64,000 nt of DNA from Eledone cirrhosa (taxonomy: Eukaryota), in contig OZ024742.1 of the NCBI GenBank assembly GCA_964016885.1, positions 173,476,001 to 173,540,000 of the forward strand, read 5' to 3'. Position 1 is the stretch's first letter. Each line of letters starts with the position of its first letter. Shown here piece after piece: positions 26,405 through 37,989 of the stretch. The notes beneath the pieces were generated by a model. That model had not been told where the DNA came from, did not search any database, and saw nothing but the letters and a program-made list of their open reading frames with translations. A program made the translations under genes and the position numbers.

Positions 26405-28455
26405 TCGTAAAGGCATGTGCTCAATGTGCAATATGCAGTGGAAGGCAGCAAGATGGCTGGGTTCATGCAGAGGTTAGGTGCACAGAGCTGGAACTATTCA
26501 TTGGTTAAGCAAAACAAGACCACAGATTTCACAAGGAATTCATTATTAAAAGATTGTCAACATATTTTAGTTTGATGTATGGAATGTAGAGAATAATAAT
26601 AATAATATTAATAATAATAATGTCCATTTACAATTGTTTCGCTACTCCATATAATATTTCTGGATCAAATGATTATATATCATTATTGATCTGGTTCAGT
26701 TGAAAATAATTAACATAGGTAGAAATAGGGTAGCTCATCGGAACTTCAAAAGGAATATAAATTAAAATAAGGAAAGAATGTTACATAAATGTATTGTTCC
26801 ATATGTTGGTATTTCACTATGGTGTCCTGGGTATATCAATTGTCTGCCATAGTGGAGCAGTATACTTCTGGCGAGGCTGCATTGTGTGAGATCTGTCTAT
26901 GGGTAACAAGATGGCCGCCAATGGATATATTTACCTTACTAATTAGAGGGTGGTTTCAGGGGAAGTAACTCCTCGAGAGATTAGAAATTTTGGGTAGTTT
27001 ATAGTTAAGTGCTAATTTTTTTCATATTTTTTATTGAGAGACAATGTAAGGGAGGTAACTTATAATTATCTAAGTTAGTTATAGCTATTTAACTTAGTAG
27101 CTACAAGTAAAAATGGGGCTAGATGACTATGTTGTGTCAAATATTCTGTTGACGAAGGGTAACGGCAGTTGCATTACTCCTGCGATTAGTGAGAGTAGGG
27201 TTGTTTAACCTAAGCGGTTGGTCAGTGTTACAATGGTTAGATGGGGGAGGTGTGCTACTAGTGTAAGTATTGGTGTAGTGACGTGGTGTATTTGATGGGG
27301 GTGGTGGTACCGTCGTGTGGGTGTTATAATGTATTAGTCTATGACCAACCGCTTAGGTTAAACAGCCCTACTCTCACTAACCGCAGGAATAACTACAACT
27401 GCCTTTACCCTAATGCATGCCCACTAAATAGAGATTGCCTGACACCTAACATAGTCTACAGGTGCACGGTTAAAACTGCGTCGCAGACCGGCTCATATGT
27501 TGGGGTCTACCTCTAACCCTTTTTAACATACGCTATAACGCGCACTCTTTTTTCTTCCGAGACCCTAACAACAGATGTTCGACATCTCTAGCTAGGCTCA
27601 TGAAAAACCTTACATTAACCAACATTGAACACTCACTAACATGGAATATCTTGGTTAGGGTCCAATCGTTCAAGAGAGGAAGAAAATCTTGTGAACTCAG
27701 TCTTACCGAAGCATATTACATAACTCAATCACGACCTATACCGATTAACGATAGAACGGAGGTAACTATTAGCTGTCAACATCGAAGGGCTAATTCCTTC
27801 GCCAACAGAATATTTTACCCAACATAGTTATCTAGCCACATTTTTACTTGTAGCTAATAAGTTAAATAGCTAGAACTCACTTAGATAAGTATAAGTTACC
27901 TCCCTAATATTGTCTCTAAATAAAAAAAATAAAAAATTAGAACTTAACTATAAACTACCCAAAGTTTCTATTCTCCCGAGGAGTTACTTCCCCTGAAATC
28001 ACCCACTAATTAGTAAGGTAAATATGTCCATTGGCGGCCATTTTGTTACCCATAGGCAGATCTCACACAATGCAGCCTCGACAGAAGAATACTGCTTCAC
28101 CTATGGCAGACAATTGATATACCCAGGACACCATAGTGAAATACCAACATATGGAACATTACATGTATGTAACATTATTTCCTTATTTTAATTTATATTC
28201 CTTTTGAAGTTCTGATGAGCTGCTCTATTTCTACCTATGTTAATTATTTTCAACTGAACCAGATCAATAATAATATATAATCATTTGATCCAGAAATATT
28301 ATATGGAGTAGCGAACAATTGTAAACGGACATTATTATTATTAATATTATTATTATTATTCTCTATATTCCTTACATCAAACTAAAGTATGTTGACAATC
28401 TTTTAATAATGTGTTTCTTGTGAAATCTGAGGGCTTGTTTAGCTTAACTAATGAA
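26405..28455 (+). mobile_element. Neptune-like PLE 3' end as a long inverted duplication
   Basis: ~26500-27250 (internally deleted) is inverted at ~27340-28450. Frameshifted GIY-YIG at 27345-27827: CPLNRDCLTPNIVYRCTV..SYVG..LTWNIL..CELSLTEAYYI..CQH. Confidence 0.9.
28209..28326 (+). ncRNA. Type I hammerhead ribozyme with ~94 nt stem II domain (mirror at ~26625-26746 on minus strand)
   Basis: gtt-CTGATGA-gctgctc...gagtagc-GAA(A)-caattg-TA-aac. One core A is missing here and present in the mirror copy. Confidence 0.7.
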
Positions 28456-28779
28456 TATATATATATATATATATATAATTAAAATATAAAGATATGTATA
28501 TATATATTTATATATATATATGTATATATGTATATATATACATATATATATATATACGGGGTAACGAATAATAGGTATATGCAGTCCACTTAGGTGTAGT
28601 CCAGTTATGGTATTCCGGGTAGTGGATGATCTCAACGCTTCGCTAAGTTTGACTCAACAAGGCATTTTCATAGTGATGTTGCGAGTATGCTGTAATTCTT
28701 ATGTTGTAAACACTTGGAGTAATAATAAAACAGGAAAGAAGATTGACACGGTTTGCTATACAAAAACGATTTTTAATCT

Positions 28780-28892
28780 CATTGCTGACAATTGTTTCTC
28801 TGAACTGGTAGGTCTAGAAATCGCTATTTGCTTGTTTTCACGTTACTCCATCGCCAATACAAAATTATAACCAGTCAGTTCTTCAGAAAATG
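28780..28892 (-). ncRNA. Type I hammerhead ribozyme with long stem II
   Basis: catttt-CTGAAGA-a-ctgactggt...accagttcag-a-GAAA-caattg-TC-agcaatg. Confidence 0.7.
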
Positions 28893-29354
28893 CGAGAATG
28901 AAGAGGATATACAGGCATGAAAGGAATATACAGGCTACTATATGAAGTAGTAATGGCATTCAGTCAGAACAATAACAACAATTACAACAATGCTAGTAAT
29001 ACATTATTTGAGATGATCCTGACATTATACTAGGTGGGGGGGTATAGTGTATCTAAGATTTTGGCGTGTAAAACTAGCTGACATGAAGCAGATGTATAAA
29101 GTTGACATGTAAAGAGTGTCGTAGGGTATATTATATCAATTTTAAAGATAAGCCGGTGTTTATAAACAATGTAGATCAGGTGGCCGTAATGTTCAGTTTT
29201 TATCTGACCGACGAACCATTTATAACTGACTAGAATTTGTGTGGTCTATATTAGATGATAACATAGCCTTTCTTTTCCATCCTCAATAACATACATGTAT
29301 AGGACAACACTGTCAAAGTTAAATAATGGCAAGTCAATACAGAGGTTAAGGAGG

Positions 29355-29433
<79 letters not shown>

Positions 29434-29810
29434 AATATATATATATACACAAATATATATATATACACAAATATATACATTCACGCACGTGCACACAGAC
29501 ATTTACATACACATCAATACACACTCGTACAAATACATACATACATGCATGAGAAAAACATGCTGACTATAATTATGGCAAGAGGAAGGTAAAGTTCCAT
29601 TGTAGTAGTGTTTTGAAAACAATCTTGGATTTAGGATCATGTGATGACAGCAGCTGAGAAGAAATAAGTTTATGTGTTGATGAGGTACTTACAGACATTT
29701 GTGTGGTATAGAACTGAGAAGGCTAGAATGTACTTAATGAGTATATTTCTGTGGTGATTCATGCAGGGTAGTGGGTATCCTAGTTTAAAGCTATGTTATG
29801 TTGGTTCGAT

Positions 29811-31365
29811 TCACGGAGGTTTGAATCTTATGAATTTAGTTGTAATTCTATGTCTGCAGAATATAGATCTTTCTAACTTGTTGTTAAGTAGCCTTTTTAC
29901 ATTTTTAAGGATATACATTAGTTCTAGATCACATAGCCCGCAGTGGGACATACCTGTACTATAGGTTTTAGCAGCCGACAACCTCGACCAGTTAATACTG
30001 TAGTTAGTGTTGTTGTCCTTCAGTTCCCATATTTTTTTGGCGAGGGTTGTGGAACCCATAAGTGCACGATTTTTCATCCAGTGCCTGTGCACATACCATC
30101 TTTTATTAAAAGAACCCGCGGTGTATCCAATATAATGCCAGGTGGAGTTATCCGAGTTGACCGTGAACATGTACACTAGGGTCGAATCGTGACATCTATT
30201 CGCCAATGGGCACCTATCCGGTAGGTGACAGTTACAGTTTGAGGTGCTATTTTGTGCAGCTTCTACACTGCTGTTTAGTACTCTGTTATAAGTGGGTTGT
30301 GATTTATGCCCATTGGAGTTTTGCTGCTGCGCGTTTGTATGCGCTTGCGGTTGTGATACTGTGATGTGTTTATGATTATAATTTGGTGCTATGTTGCGCA
30401 TAGGTGCGGCTGATTTACTAGAGATATTTCTGTGGTTGATCTTGCGTATGTGCGATTCTATATTTGCTGCCGTCGAGTATGAGAGTTTTATAGCATTTCT
30501 ATTGAGTATTTTATGATATCTATGTGAAATAGGGAAGTGTTTATCTATTAGTTTAAAGAATGTAGAAGGCAGTCTGGTTTTTAAAAAAGAGTTGAAGATT
30601 GTGTTGAACCATAGGTATTTTCTTTCTCTGATTCTTCTATTGTTTCTTTGGTTTACGTTATTAGTGTGTTTACCGTTCACTCCAGGTGCTACGTGCCTAA
30701 CCCTATGTCTAGTGCAGTTACTTCTATTATTGTGTGAGCGGTTGGTGTAGTTGCTATTAGGATTGTTTACGTTGTCTTTATTCGCTATATACTGCAGTTT
30801 ATCCTTATGTCCGGCCCTACGTAATGCTGCGTTATAATGGTTAGCATGTTCGTTAAAGATGTCTAGGTTAGAGGATAAGCGGGATATTCGAAGGGATATA
30901 CTACGTGCTATGGATCTGATTATGGATTTGGGGTGGTTTGAGTTATAACTAATGTAGGCCAGATTTTCATTATTTTTGTGGAAAGGTTCTATTAATCCCG
31001 TATTTAGATGTAGTCACATCTAGAAAGTTTACCTTCTTATGGTTCAGTTCGTAGATAATACTTAGGCCTAGTTTTTTAAAGAAAATTCTAATGTTTTTTC
31101 TTAATCTTTCCATGCTCTGGTTGTTTAAGTTCTTAGCTATAAGTAGTGTGTCGTCCCTATAAATTCCTCCTTGGAAGTTACTGAATTCCTTATGTAGGTT
31201 GTGTGCTATGAATAGCCCCACGATATCTGTGATTTGCGCAGAGTCACTTGATCCCATTGTTATATCGAAGCTGTTTATCCTATCTCTGCTTACCCAGTAG
31301 CTATTTTCAAGTGTTATCATAGTCTTTCTAGCCGCTATTATTATTTCAATTTCCTCATTGTTTAT
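29811..31365 (-). pseudogene. PLE RT plus GIY-YIG endonuclease, frameshifted and 5'-truncated
   Basis: FDITMGSSDSAQITDIVGLF, GGIYRDDTL, VNFLDV, SNHPKSII, CNC..CPLANRC..LVY..YIGYT..CGLCDLE..CRH. Confidence 0.92.
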
Positions 31366-33708
31366 AAACACCGGCTTATCTTTAAAATTGATATAATATA
31401 CCCTACGACACTCTTTACATGTCAACTTTATACTTCTGCTTCATGTCAGGTAGTTTTACACGCCAAAATCTTAGATACACTATACCCCCCCAGCTAGTAT
31501 AATGTTAGGATCATCTCAAATAATGTATTACTTGCATTGTTGTAATTGTTGTTATTGTTCTAACTGAATGCCATTACTACTTCATATATATATATATATA
31601 TGTATATATATGTATATGTATATATATACATATATATATATTATATATATATATAAATGTAGGAGGTGAGTTTTATTGTAGTACAATAAAGCAATGCAGA
31701 TATCGAATAAGTAGCACTCTACAGTTTGTAGGACTGGAGTATAAATAATATATAAGATTAAAAGATGGTTAAAAGAGTTCCATGTATTTTATTATACGCA
31801 TTTCAAAAACAAATATCAGCATGCGATGACAATTGCGTTTTCGTCAATTCAAATAGGGAGACATGATATGAAGATTAAAAACACTTGTGAATAGTGCAGT
31901 TTTAAATCAACATATGAAAAGTAGTTTTAGATTGATGTGTGATATTGGGAAAAAATTGAGCGGGGTGGGGATGAAAAAGAGGAGGAGATGAAAGTAAAGA
32001 ATGGAGTGGGAGGAATAAAATAAGGACGGAGGAGATAGGAGGAGAGATGGGTGATAGAGAGAGAGAGAGAGATAGCTTTTAAAACTGAGAAAAATATATT
32101 GTTTTACAGAGAGATGTTAAAAAACCGTTGGAAGATAATATATAAATTAAAAGAATTTGAAAATTAACGAAGAGAAACATTTGAGAATAATGTTAAATTA
32201 AGGTTTGTATATGAAAGGTTTAATAATATGTGCGATGAAAAGAAATTTTTAATATGTATTGAGAATAATATTATGTTAAGTTTTGAATATTGAAGGGTTT
32301 AATTATATGTGCGATGGAAAGAAATTGTTGATATGTATTATTAAAAAAATATGAAAATAGTAATGTAATTAAGGATATATTGTGAAAAGAAGTAGAAGAG
32401 TGGATGAATATGTGTAATATGTAGAAGTTAGATGAGCATGAAAGGGATAACAAAATAATGAATTGAGGATGAATAATCTACCGTAAAAAAAAATGTTTAT
32501 GTTTCCGAAGGATTTTTCAAGGTGATACTATAAAGTATTTAAAAGGGTAATAGTAAATTTTATGGCCAGTGATAGGATGGAAGAAGGAAGAGTGGATATA
32601 TTGTGGTGAGTATTAATGAGAATTGAGAAGTATCTAGGAAGAAAAGGTACATATTAGAGGTTAGAAATTAAAAGAAAAAAGAAAAAAAAAGAAACGGAAG
32701 TGATAAATAGGAGTGATATAGAATGAGTAACTAGTATTATATAATGTATAATAAATAACATTAAAATAAGGTAGAAAGATGGGTATACTTTTAACGAAAT
32801 ATATATCTATATATATATGTGTCTTTGACAAAAAGGATTTTAAATTGGTAAAGTATTAGATATTAGCTGTATACTTTATGGAATGTTCTGTGGAATGTAT
32901 GCAAGCAGAGAGAAAACAAGTCAGTGCGTCTATTTTTTATAGAATCTAAATTAGATATAATGATACATTTCTCATATAAACAGAGATTACATGTCTTGGA
33001 TAGAGAGGCATTCAAGTATGGAGAAGCAGAACACACGTTCCTCCAAGAGTTGTTATAGTTAATATTTTTGTCTTTCAAGCACCATATGATTTCTGAGAGT
33101 GCCGTGTTGGTTCTTTTAAGTTGCTATTTAAAAGACGAATGATGATTATAAAGACGAGCTTTAAAGGAGGTGGAAGTGGAGCCAAAATAGGTAAAGGAAT
33201 TGGTGTCAGTTATAACTTTACATTCATAGATTAAGTTTTTTTCAAGACAATGGTTGTCGAGAGGACATTTATTTTTAACAGGGCAATTACAATTGCGATT
33301 AGAGAAATTAACAGAGTTATTAACAAGTGACCTAGTGTTATATATAGGAGGAATTGGATAGGAGAAGTTATTTACGATAGGAATAATAGTTTCTTGATTT
33401 AGATTGCGATTAAGAACATTTAACGAAGTTGCGTTTGACGTTGTATTTGACTTTGCAGAAATTAGCCTAGAGTTAACAATTTCGTCGGGAGTACTATAAC
33501 TATTATTATGATATTCAGTGTTGGAAGGAAGAGATTTTGTATTTAGTATTTTATTGTTGGGTTTAGAGCTAATATTGGAGATGTTGGAGGGGGTCGAATA
33601 GGAAAATGTTATAGTGTGTATGTTAAATATTGTACTGTAGATATGTGAGGGAGGGAAGCATTTATTTAAGGCACTAAAGAATAATTTAGGAATATTATTA
33701 TTAATAGA

Positions 33709-33843
33709 TACGTCCCTTGTCATTCTGAGTTCAAATCCCGCCAAGGTTAACTTTGCCTTTCATCCTCATGGGGTCGATGAAATAAAGTACCAGTAATGCA
33801 CTGGGTAATTGCTGGCCTTGTGCCAAAAGTAGAAACAATTATT
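33709..33843 (+). mobile_element. SINE family A (5'-truncated) inserted in the PLE ORF
   Basis: Family body; flanked by ttattattaataga / ttattgttaataga, a putative TSD. Confidence 0.88.
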
Positions 33844-35160
33844 GTTAATAGAGATGGAGAAAGGAGCATTATACCAGATTATGTTTTTGTATCAAAGTAT
33901 TTTGTTAAAGTTATTGGAATGATCACGATTAAATTATTCTACTGTAAGATCTTCTAGAATTTGTTTCTTTACTATGTTTGATTTCATCAGGATAACCGGC
34001 TTTAGAAAGCGCGCTATTATAGTAATTGACGTTAGCATCAAAGATGTTTTTATTAGATGATAGGTTGGATATACTTTTTCCAATATTACTAACTATAGCA
34101 TTCTTAATATTAGTGGGGTGGTTAGATTTAAAATTAACATAATTTTGATTCTCTTTGTTTTTTTATGGTAAGGGTAATATAGGCTAGTGCCATGATTAAG
34201 AGATACATCCAAGAAATTAGCTAGTTTGATGTTGTTATCAAATTCAATGTTTAAGTTATGTTGGTTAAAGAGATTACGTATGTTGTTCTTAATAATATTG
34301 AGGTTAACTATGTTGCAATTTAAGATAGTAAAAGGTACATCGGCACGATAAATTCCACCGCGAAGTTGAGGAATTTTCCGATTCAAAGAGTTCAAAATAA
34401 AGATACCAATTAAATCTGTCAATTGAGATGAATCGGATGCTCCCATTGTGATGTCAAATTTTTAGAGGTATCAGCTCTGGTCCAATATTCATTGTTGAAC
34501 TCTAGGATGGTTTTATGTGCGGTGAGAATGATGTGAAGTTCATCTGTGGTGATGTCTGAATATTTGTAAACGAAAGATAGAGCATTGTTGAGAAGTGAGG
34601 GCGAAATAGAAGAATAGTAGCTGGCAATATCAAATTGAATACATTCTTGTTTGTTTTTCTTATTCAATTTGTTGAACCAGCCAATCAGTTCAGAAGTACC
34701 AAACCATAAATTTAAGTTCAAAGTAGAGCAATTAGAACGAACCTGTGGGATAATTCTATCCAAGATGGCTTTGCTAACAACCAACAGATCGGATTTAGAG
34801 GGGGCGATTAGTCTAACAGGTAGTTCAGTACGAAAGTTGTTTTTGTGATCCTTGAGATTTATCCTCGGAGTTCTTGGGAGGAATGGTTCGGTCTTTTTTC
34901 CGATGCCAAGTTGTGACATAATCTCAGAAGCTTCAAATTTATGGATTCTAAATTATCATGATTGGTTTTGCGATATTTTTTCCTAATTTCCTTAAGGATA
35001 AGGTTGTTATAGTTATCCTTAGAAATACCATATAAATTATTTGTATTGTCGGAGTGGACTAAAACATTTTTTGAGGAATTTAGGTTTAAAATCGTGTTCT
35101 CGAGATTTACAAGGTGCTCTTGTCCTCTGTAAGGGTTTCTCTTGAATTTAAGATTTTTTT

Positions 35161-35351
35161 ATAATTGTTTCTACTTTAGGCACAAGGCCAGCAATTACCC
35201 AGTGCATTACTGGTACTTTATTTTATCGACCCCGTAAGGATGAAAGGCAAAGTTAACCTCGGCGGGATTTGAACTCAGATCGTAAAGGGACATAACTATG
35301 CTGGAAAGCATGGCGTCCGACCCTCTACCGATACTGCCAATCCACTGCCCC
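35161..35351 (-). mobile_element. Full-length SINE family A inserted in the PLE ORF
   Basis: TSD ttttttataat at 35155-35165 and 35352-35362. Confidence 0.92.
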
Positions 35352-36251
35352 TTTTTTATAATGTTAGTTAACTCCTCGAATTGCACTAGATTTTTGTTGG
35401 CATGAGGATTTCTTCTAGAATTAAATAAATGATAGAGAAAGTTATGTTCCTTGGTATAGAAGTTCCCTTTTAGGCGTTGGTCATAGAAAAAAGCTATCCA
35501 TAAGCCTTCTCATAAAGGAGTCAGTTTTCTTCCATCCTATCACTGGCCATAACATTTACTATTACCCTTTTAAATACTTTATAGTATCACCTTGAAAAAT
35601 CCTTCGTAAACATAAACATTTTTTTACGTTAGATTATTCATCCTCAATTCATTATTTTTTCTCCCTTTCATGCTCATCTAACTTCTACATATTACACATA
35701 TTCATCCACTCTTCTACTTATTTTCACAATATATCCTTAATTACATTAATATTTTTATATTTTTTTAATAAAACATATCAACAATTTCTTACCATCGCAC
35801 ATATTATTAAACCCTTCAATATTCAAACCTTAACTTAATATTATTCTTAATACATATTAACAATTTCTTTTCATCGCACATATTATTAAACCCTTCAATA
35901 TACAAACCTTAATTTAACAATTTTCTTAAATTTTTCTCTTCGTAAATTTTGAAATTATTTTTATTTATATATTATCTTCCAACGGTTTTTTAACCTTTCT
36001 CTGTAAAACAATATATTTTCTCAGTTATAAAAGCTATCTCTCTCTCTCTATCACCCATCTCACCTCCTATCTCCTCCTTCCTATTATACTCTTCCCCCTC
36101 CATTCTTTACTCTCATCTCCTCCTCTTTTTCATCCTTTCCACCCCCCCTCAATTTTTTCCAAATATCACATCAATCTAAAACTACTTTTCATATGTTGAT
36201 TTAAAACTGCACTATTCACAAGTGTTTTGTAACCTTCATATCATGTCTCCC

Positions 36252-36322
36252 TATTTTATCTGACGAAAACGCAAATGTCATCGCATGATGATATTTGTTT
36301 TTGAAATGCGCATAATATAATA
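36252..36322 (+). ncRNA. Type I hammerhead ribozyme (degenerate mirror ~31785-31850 on minus strand)
   Basis: tattttat-CTGACGA-aaacgcaaat..atttgttttt-GAAA-tgcgca-TA-atataata. Confidence 0.8.
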
Positions 36323-36355
36323 CGTGGAACTTTTTTAACCATCTTTTGATCTTAG

Positions 36356-36410
<55 letters not shown>

Positions 36411-36415
<5 letters not shown>

Positions 36416-36711
36416 TAAAAGAACCAACACGGCTCTCTCAGAACTCATATGGTCCTTGAAAGACAAAAATATTAAATATAACATGTCTTGGAAAAAGGTT
36501 TCCTCTGCTTCTACATACTTGAACAGTTCTCTATCCAAGACTTGCAGTCTCTGTCTAAATGAAAAATTTACCATTATTTCTAATTTAGATTCTATAATAA
36601 ATAGACGCACTGTCTTGTTTTCTATCTGCTTGCATAAATTCCACAGAACTTTCCATAAAGTATACAGCTAATATGATAAACTTTATCAATTCAGAATCAT
36701 TTTCTCAAAGG

Positions 36712-36758
<47 letters not shown>

Positions 36759-37637
36759 TTCTTTAAAAATATACCCATCTTTCTACCTTATTTCAAAGTT
36801 ATTTATTATATTTATTATATTCTACATCACTCCTAATTTCTAACCCCTAATCTGTATTTTTTCTTACTGTGCCTAACATAGAAACAATTATTACTCAATA
36901 CACCATATTCTTACTTCCTATCACCTTGAAAAAATCCTTCTTAAACATAAACATTTTTTGACGTTAGATTATTCATCCTCTATTCATTATTTTTTCTCCC
37001 TTTCATCTAACTGATTCATGCTCATCTCACAATATCTCCTTACTTACATTACTTCTGTTTTTTTTTAATAATAAATATCAAAATTTTCTTCCATCGCACA
37101 TATTATTAAACCCTTCAATATTATTCTTAATACATATTAACATTTTCTTTCCATCGCACATATTATTAAACCCTTCAATATACAAACCTTAACTTTACAT
37201 TATTTTTCTCTTCGTTAATTTTCAAATTCTTTTAATTTATACATTATCTTCCAACGGTTTTTTCAAACTCTCTATGTAAAACAATATATTTTTCTCAGTT
37301 ATAAAAGCTATCTCTCTCTCTCTATCACCCATCTCTCCTCCTATCTCATCCTTCCTCACTATACTCCTCCCCCTCCACGTTTTACTCTCATATTCTCCTC
37401 TTTTTCACCCCCCCCCGCCCTCAAACATTTTTTTGCCAGTATCACACATCAACCTAAATCTACTTTTCATATGTTGATTTAAAACTGCACTAGCCATAAG
37501 TGTTTTTTAACCTTCATATCATGTCCTCCTATTTTATCTGATGAAAACACAAATGTTTTTGCATAATAATATTTGTTTTTGAAATGCGCATAATAAAATA
37601 CATGGAACTCATTTAACCATCTTTTGGTCTTATATAT
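36411..37637 (+). mobile_element. 3' fragment of the same PLE family (GIY-YIG C-terminus, 3' UTR, pseudo-LTR)
   Basis: ORF 36456-36671 is closely similar to 32863-33078; downstream matches 35580-36358. Confidence 0.9.
37530..37600 (+). ncRNA. Type I hammerhead ribozyme with intact core
   Basis: tattttat-CTGATGA-aaacacaaat..atttgttttt-GAAA-tgcgca-TA-ataaaata; perfect 8-bp stem I and palindromic TGCGCA. Confidence 0.85.
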
Positions 37638-37666
37638 TATATATATATATATAAACATATATATAT

Positions 37667-37698
<32 letters not shown>

Positions 37699-37989
37699 AT
37701 GCATATACATGTATATATAGATATATATATCTTTACATTTTAATTATATATATGTTTGAATATGTATAATAAAGCCAAAACAATGCAGGTATGGACATAG
37801 AAAAAAGAATGCAATTGCAAAAGATATTGTTGACAATTCGTCTTTTACCTTAGATTTATTTAAATGTCCTTAATTTTCGAGATAATATCTCTATATGTAT
37901 ATATATATATATGCTTCTATATACATATATACATGTATGTATATATGTGTGTTTGTGTGTGTGCATATATATGTTTTATACGTACCGGG

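Larger units (their letters stand above)
28560..31588 (-). mobile_element. 5'-truncated Neptune-like PLE with partial inverted pseudo-LTR
   Basis: ~28940-29165 is inverted at ~31362-31588; RT and EN frames inside; (TA)n flanks. Confidence 0.9.
32863..35520 (-). pseudogene. PLE RT plus GIY-YIG pseudogene
   Basis: LKDHKNNF..VRLIAPSKSDL, IQFDIASYYSSI, MGASDSSQLTDLIG, GGIYRAD, ANFLDV, CNCPVKNKCPLDNHC..LIYEC..YFGST, CNLCLYEK. Confidence 0.92.
31656..36358 (-). mobile_element. Near full-length Neptune-like PLE with ~830 bp inverted pseudo-LTRs, interrupted by two SINEs
   Basis: ~31750-32590 is inverted at ~35529-36358; decayed ORF between; (TA)n flanks. Confidence 0.92.
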
